Source: Bugula neritina (Eukaryota > Animalia > Bryozoa). From it: a stretch of 64,000 nt of DNA. The notes beneath the pieces are model-generated. The model made no database searches and was not told where the DNA came from. It saw nothing but the letters and a program-made list of their open reading frames with translations. The stretch covers positions 31,486,773-31,550,772 of the forward strand of contig OZ037766.1 in the NCBI GenBank assembly GCA_964035545.1, written 5' to 3'. Of this stretch, positions 1 through 64,000 are shown piece by piece (position 1 is the first letter of the stretch; each line of letters begins with the position of its first letter). Made by a program: the position numbers and the translations under genes.

Positions 1-803
1 AGCTAGGATAAATATATTGAGGTAAGTCTCACCTCTAGCTGGGATATATATATTGAGGTAAAAGTCTCACCTCTAGCTGGGATATATATATTGAGGTAAA
101 AGTCTCACCTCTAGCTGGGATATATATATATATATATGTTAAGGTAAAAGTCTCACCTCTAGCTGGGATATATATATTGAGGTAAAAGTCTCACCTCTAG
201 CTGGGATATATATATTGAGGTAAAAGTCTCACCTCTAGCTGGGATATATATATATATATACATGTTGAGGTAAAAGTCTCACCTCTAGCTGGGATATATA
301 TATTGAGGTAAAAGTCTCACCTCTAGCTGGGATATATATATATATATATGTTAAGGTAAAAGTCTCACCTCTAGCTGGGATATATATATTGAGGTAAAAG
401 TCTCACCTCTAGCTGGGATATATATATTGAGGTAAAAGTCTCACCTCTAGCTGGGATATATATATATATATTGAGGTAAAAGTCTCACCTCTAGCTGGGA
501 TATATATATTGAGGTAAAAGTCTCACCTCTAGCTGGGATATATATATATATATGTTAAGGTAAAAGTCTCACCTCTAGCTGGGATATATATATTGAGGTA
601 AAAGTCTCACCTCTAGCTGGGATATATATATTGAGGTAAAAGTCTCACCTCTAGCTGGGATATATATATATATATTGAGGTAAAAGTCTCACCTCTAGCT
701 GGGATATATATATTGAGGTAAAAGTCTCACCTCTAGCTGGGATATATATATATATATTGAGGTAAAACTCTCACCTCTAGCTGGGATGTATATGTTGAGG
801 TAG
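1..803 (-). repeat. 38-50 bp minisatellite (~20 copies) made of the neuroligin exon 3' end plus its splice donor, with an embedded (TA)n
   Basis: Minus-strand unit tttacctcaatatatatatcccagctagag|gtgagac matches the exon end CTCTACCTCAACATATACATCCCAGCTAGAG|gtgag at 775. Confidence 0.95.
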
Positions 804-2890
804 AGACACTCTTCAGACTGATCCTGAGTAAACTCCGAGACACGTCTGAGTCTATCTACTCGACAGGCTGGCATCTTGGAGGACAGCTCAGCAAAGTCTA
901 GTTTTTTCTGGGGACACACGGGACTGCAGAAGAATATGAGTCATGAGTCATGTCCATTGTTTAACAAAAACAGAAATTGTTAGATGAAATCAAAAACTCA
1001 GCTTTTTAAATATTGTAGCTATAAAAAGCTGAGTAGTTTTAACAATGTTAAACAAGAAACAATTGCCAAAACACTTGCTAAATATCGCAAAATACTAGGA
1101 GTAATTCTGAGCTAAAGACTAGAAAGTCTAGGATCAAGCTGATCAGTGAAACTGATTCTGTATAAAAACAGGTCTGAGTGACTGTAAAGCAGAAAAAAGG
1201 AAATTCTACTTGAAATCTGATCGTGGTTAGTTACCCTTGCCTGTTAAATCAAAAGGTTATTTGAGGAAGAGGGATAACTCCTTCTTACCAGTTTAATTAC
1301 AGTGCAAATACATGTTGTGGTTGGTTTCTTTCTGGGTTACCCAGTTTAATGAACCTCAATATTGATTTATCCAATAGATATGCATCATCTGGGGTAATTT
1401 GCTTAGCTTGTTTTGTTTTGCAGCAAAATTCAAGCAAAATTTTTGAGTTTGCCAAAAAATTTAAATGTTGCTCAATTTAAATTTGATAAAGTGCTTTCTT
1501 ACTTATCAGAATGAAAAGGTATTGTTATTGTAAAACATGAAGGTTACAGTTAACTATACAAGATGGCAAGTGAGAAACATCACAACACATGGATATGAGA
1601 GAAAGCCATGTCAAGGCAGATGTGTGAATCTGGAGATTATATGTAATATAATAAGTTTAAGCTCTTGGATTACACCCCCAGTTCACACCTTTTTATCTCG
1701 GGTGTCCAGTGCTTGAATCTAAAGGAGTTATCACTGTTGGTCAAAGTAAACATCATTAAACAAGGCAGCATGAATTTTACTATTCATGACTGCTCAGTGG
1801 TGGATACAGTTCAGCAATATGTAGGGAAGTGTTTAATAAATAACAGTAGTGGATTTTAAACATATACATACAATTTGTGGTTAAAGTGAGTATACAGAAA
1901 AGATTGACCACAATTTGTTGGTAAAATAAACTCTGAATTTAAAAAACCTCTTTAAACATATATTTATTAAATTCGTGTTTTTAGTAATTATTCTATTTTT
2001 GAGCCTATCCTCCATCCCTACACCCCTTGTGCCCCTCCACTCCTTGTTCCCTGAAAGACTTATAAATAAAGAAAACACCTCTCTCTGGTACAGACAATGA
2101 GGTAGTGAAGCTATTGTTCTGCTCAAGTGTAACCAAGTAGTATGAAGGGCAAACAGCAGTTACTCCTGAGAAAGTTGTGTTTATTTATCAACAGCCAGCA
2201 AATTAGTTTATGGAAGCAGTAGAATAAAGTTGCTTTATTTTCAAATAACAGTTACAAACTAACCCGTTAGGTATTATTTCTAGATAGCCAGTGTATTGGG
2301 CATTTAAATTAATTTACATGTTTATTTGTGTTGAAAGAACATTAAATTTGTAAGACTATAGAAAAAGCCCAATAATTTATATCGCAAAATTGGTATGTTT
2401 TGCCACTTTGAAACTTTTACTTGATCAGTACTAATTTTTTACTGATAAATTCGAACAATGATAACTAGTAACTTAAATAATCTATAACTTGCACATCTTT
2501 AGGAGTTGATCAATCAACTTTTAGTTGTAATGACTTTATTACAGATTTTAATCATCTCTTTCAAAATAACTAAAAAATTCTAAATTTTGAAAGTCAAAGT
2601 AGGAAAATGACATACCCAAAAGTGTTAGCATTTCTCACGCCATCCCATCTTTCTGTTGGATTAGTTGGCGGCATGAATCTTAGATGGCCGCCATGTAGTG
2701 AGGCGTACTGAATACCTAGGTAGGCCTCAACTGTCTGTAAACTCGGGTCATCAAATTTCACGTTAACTCCCCTCAGCTTTCCGTAGTTAGTTATTATTAT
2801 ACGGTTGCTGAGTGAACCCAGAGGTAGTCCAGAAGTGACCAACCCCACGAGACTGACTAGATGAAGAAGGGAGAGGGAGGATTTCGTCAT
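775..2890 (-). CDS. NLGN: Neuroligin-like (cholinesterase-fold cell adhesion protein), first two coding exons 2616-2890 and 775-923; gene continues beyond left edge
   Basis: Signal peptide, then TNYGKLRG...EAYLGIQYA...LRFMPP...TFG|PVCPQ...DQSEECLYLNIYIP, the N-terminal motifs of the neuroligin/carboxylesterase family. GT-AG junctions are phase-compatible (GG|T). A probable 5'UTR exon donor lies near 3895. Confidence 0.85.
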
Positions 2891-5448
2891 TGTGTGAAGC
2901 CGAGAAATACTGAGTCAGCGTATAGACGAAACAAGGGGCTTTTTAAACCTAAAATGAAATTGTTGTTTATTCAAAGGAGTATTAACACTGTGTTCTACAA
3001 ACCATTTCTATTACTTGACCTACAGAGCAAAATAACAGATCACCAACTTATTTTGTAAGGTTAAAAGTCTACTTTAGTTATCAGTAAGAACCGAAAACCA
3101 ATGCAGCTGTTTTAAAATAGTTTCGTCATGTTTTTAAAGCCTGCCTTCATCTGAATTCACCAGATATTATGTAAGATACAGATAGAGGGTCAACCAATAC
3201 ACAAAAAAAACTCAAAAAGATCAGAAATTATATTATAAGTATCTTACCAACACGCTTTGTAAAAGGAAACAGTTTCTAAATATCAGAAAACCATTATATA
3301 AATTGTGAGCGCACACACCTGTTGCCTGATGTCTACAAGCTAATTAACCCATTACATGTGTCCATTTCCTCTCACACTAATTTCAATTAACTGAGAGCTG
3401 ATGAGGGTAATCAGTACACTACACTAACCCGTTTCAAGTTGAATTAAATTTAACAAAACAATGTTCACATATTTAGACTAATTGGTAAACAAAAGATCTT
3501 GTTTAGATATGAAGTTAACTACACATGAACTAAGCTCTTACCCATGTGACAGCCCAAATGGAGTGCACTGCTCAATAATATTACACTGTCGTCTGCAAGA
3601 ATACTGAAGGATCACTCAAACTGTCTTCTCTTTGGACAAACAAGTCAATGGAATTGAACTACAGTCAATGCCACAAAATAGACGCAATAAAAACTATAGT
3701 TAAAGTTGTGTACACAGTACACAAAACAGATTGCACAATTTAGTCCCCATTTCTAACTATCTTTTTTAAGTTGATGTTATAAAATACTCTTTTGCTTATA
3801 AATCGTTTCTAAAAATTGAAATTATATTATAAAACGTTTATTAGCAATTTAAAGTTATAACTTGAAAGATTTAGCTATAGAGTAAAGATCTTACCTGAAG
3901 TAGTCATCGGCTGTAACAGAATAAAATCAATAAGAAGCAACAGAGGATAAATGAAATTATTTTGCCATTGCCAGATTATAATGTATTTTTGTTCTGTGAT
4001 ATGCTTCAAGTGGTATAAGATTTTTTCTATAATTAACAATAAGTGTATTGTGATATATGTTACTATATACAGTAGGTTATCTGGGGGTAACACCAATCAA
4101 TTGGGATAATAAAGGAGTGGACGGACAGTGAAACTATACAGGGTTCACTCCAGGTACACATGTGGAGAGAAGTCATATGGGGGACAATTTCTAAAATCCT
4201 ATCATATCTAAAGCCATTATAGTTAATATCTAAACAACATAATTTCTTACTTGTCTACTTAAAGGACATTGCGAATGATGCAGCACAAATACCCATCATG
4301 CATTCCAAACAAAGAAATTAATAATTCTTACAAAATAAAAAAAATTGGACTATTTTTACTCTTTTATTGGATAATCCTGAATGCATGAAGACTATCCACG
4401 TAATCTAATCAATAGGAGTGTTCAATAAGACATCATAGCAGAAGATTGATTAGTTCCGAGGAACAATACAAGACAGCGTGAAACAATGAGAGTCAGCGGT
4501 GACTTGACAGGGTTGGTGGAGGGAAATCAGTGCATACGATGAGCCAACACAAAACCAGTATACTCTCAGCCTAATCTAGTGTACTCAATTATGGTGCAAG
4601 CAACATCTGTGAGCCTATAATAGGGAAAGTTCAAGAATTTATGCTCAATACGTCATCTTATATTATCAGAATCATAATTTATATACGAAAGTAGAACAGT
4701 TTCGGTCAATGGCATAAACAAAGTGGCTTTGAGGAGCAGAAAATTTTGCTAATAAACCAGGAATTTAAATTTAAACCAGGATACAGCACAATAGCTGGTC
4801 CCCAACTAAGGCAGTATACTAGTATATTGTAGAGCTATGTACTTTGCTTCAATCTACTGTTGTATTCTCTGTACATGCTGTTACCAGCCAATAGTGTATT
4901 AATAGCCTACACTAGACTAACCAGTTCCTCTATACAATGAGTACACAACTCCCTGAAGATAATGAACAACATGACAAGGTTATTAAACCACAATACTTAA
5001 CTGATAAATATAACAAGCAAGATTGTTATTGAGTTATATGTAATAAGATTATTTTATAGCATGATCTGGTTTTTTTTTCAAATTTAATCCTAATATATTA
5101 TAATATAATATAATAACTATCAGAGAGAGAAATATAAACTAACAAACATTTATAATAAGATAGAAATGGAATGTAAAAGCAAAAAAGTCTATTAGACCGA
5201 GTGTTCAGTGACTTAGATCGAACATAACTTAGTTTGTTTAGTTAAAATGCAGGTTTTGTGAGCCTTCTTTAACAATGGAAAACAACTCCAACATATCAAA
5301 CTGTAAGAGAAGATAATTTCTTATATGACTAGTCAGTTTGCACCATACGAGTACACTTAGCGGAGATTCCTATTTATTGCACACAATCTTATGTTAGAAG
5401 ACGTTGTATTGGACATCAACGTGCAAAGTCTTATCCTATTGGTGGGCT

Positions 5449-12764
<7,316 letters not shown>

Positions 12765-14414
12765 TATGTCCGAATTTTGGTCTTTTGTGCTTGCCACACA
12801 AGTTTAGATCTACTGCAACCACAAATTAAAACCAATTTTACAATCTATTCAAGGCGTGGACAGTACAATTCAGCTTGCAGAAATGAAGTTTAAACCAGCT
12901 CACGTGGGTATCTCAAGACAGAATTTCATTGGCTAGCGAAGACACACCTACATAAACGCAAAGGGGTAAAGGGCACATAATATATCACTCTGCATAAACG
13001 CACAACCACAACACGCCGAAAGCAAAACAGTTTGCCTTTTAGAAATGACAACTCCATATTCTACAAATCCACTAAGATAAAAGGAATGCCTTGATTAATT
13101 AATACTTATAATAGTAGTTGGAACTTAAAAGCATTTGGAAATTATGCTGATTCCTGATGTCCAGATTGAATGCAACAGTAAAAGATGGAGGTGCTATTCT
13201 GTACTATTTACACAGATACATGTATGTTGCAGTCTTACAACTCAAGACACGGATTAATTGCCTATAAACATGTTATAATAATAGTTGATTTAGCTCATCT
13301 AGCCACAGAGAAGCTTTAATATCACTAGAATTGACGTAGCACTGGTCTCCATTACAAACTATCAGTAGATTTTTGCAATGTGCAAAGAAAATTTATGGGA
13401 GATTGGTATTTAGTTAATTTACCTGTTGGATGTTATAGTTTTAGTGGCTAATTAAAGCTTGAAAAAATTAATATAAAAAATGAAATCAAACAAGATGCAC
13501 TAAAGAGATTGGGAATAGAGTAACTTTGACAACGTAAACAAAACTCTAGACTGATAAAACAGTTGGTTTTAAAAATTATAGAAAACTTTTTTTTTCCAAG
13601 TGTTCTGAAGAAATAATGTTGCTAGCTAAAAATGCCGTTAACATTTCAGCTAACAACTCTCCTTGTCAGTTTTATTTCATAGGCTAGAGAGGAAACAACT
13701 CCTGACTCACATTTAAAATATCTTCAGTTTCGGTAATGAATTTCAATGGTATTTGGTAGAAGGAGTTGACTCAAACTACAGCCTACTAGAGCTTTCAGTT
13801 TCAAGTCACTTCATTAGGAAAGAGATTAGGGTTGTAATTTTATCACAAAACTGAAAAGTTGGTCTTAAGATGTCCGAAACTGGTGTTATGAGATTGAGGG
13901 TTAAAAAATGAGTCTAGAGACATCCAACTGGTAATGGTAACCGATCACAAAACCTCTTTTTATTGTGACTCTAGAGACTTTGCTGGTAAAAGAAATTTCA
14001 GGAGACCCACCATTTTGCTACATCAACCACCATTTTGCTACACCAACCACCATTTTGCTACACCAACCACTGTTTAGTCCCAATGAGTTTAATCAAGCTA
14101 TGTATATATAAAACTATATTTTTAACACCAACTATGAGGTACTTTGCTACTGCAGTATGCTGCCAGTATTAGGAATGCTGTCATAGAGGAGATAACAACT
14201 AATTGTACTTTCTTCAATTATAACATTCTGATAAGGTTGATGTTTTGAGAGAATACTTGCTTTATAATTTATTAAATTAATCTTTAATACAACAAGCTTA
14301 TTAAAAACACATGAAATAACATTTGAACTTGCTTTAAAAGTTTTACACATATATGAATAAAAAGCAACAAAAACAAAGAAGATTTGACAGCCATTGTAGT
14401 AGGACACTATACTG

Positions 14415-14465
14415 GCACACTGGCTACTTCACACTGGCTACTTCACATTGGCTACTTCACATTGG

Positions 14466-14480
<15 letters not shown>
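14415..14480 (-). repeat. 14-bp tandem repeat duplicating the stop-codon region of the giant gene (x4)
   Basis: CCAATGTGAAGTAG repeated directly after ...GCC AAT GTG AAG TAG. Confidence 0.85.

Positions 14481-64000
<49,520 letters not shown>

Noticed and set aside
1-803. CRISPR-like array
   Set aside because: No unique spacers and no cas genes. Units are contiguous copies of an exon end in a eukaryotic intron.

Overview
AT-rich eukaryotic (invertebrate animal) genomic DNA carrying three intron-rich protein-coding genes, all on the minus strand. (1) The 5' part of a neuroligin-like gene runs off the left edge. (2) A complete 14-coding-exon tryptophan 2,3-dioxygenase gene (TDO2/vermilion) lies at 5449-12764. 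(3) A giant gene of roughly 60 exons (14466 to >64000) encodes a predicted single-pass membrane protein: an unrecognised N-terminal region, two TSP1 repeats, a very long Cys-rich module stalk, a TM helix and a charged tail. Two young but lesioned LTR retrotransposons sit antisense or sense in its introns. One is a Ty3/Gypsy element (46467-54345) with an extra intact, apparently spliced zinc-finger/coiled-coil ORF where env would be. The other is a Ty1/Copia element (55397-59984) nested in a ~760-bp TIR element. The most striking unexplained pattern is that many intronic minisatellites are tandem amplifications of the adjacent exon-intron junction. They form arrays of up to ~70 duplicate splice donors or acceptors that extend into the intron, and one array is fully in-frame. 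Exon models were built by eye from GT-AG signals and codon-phase continuity; no database searches were run.
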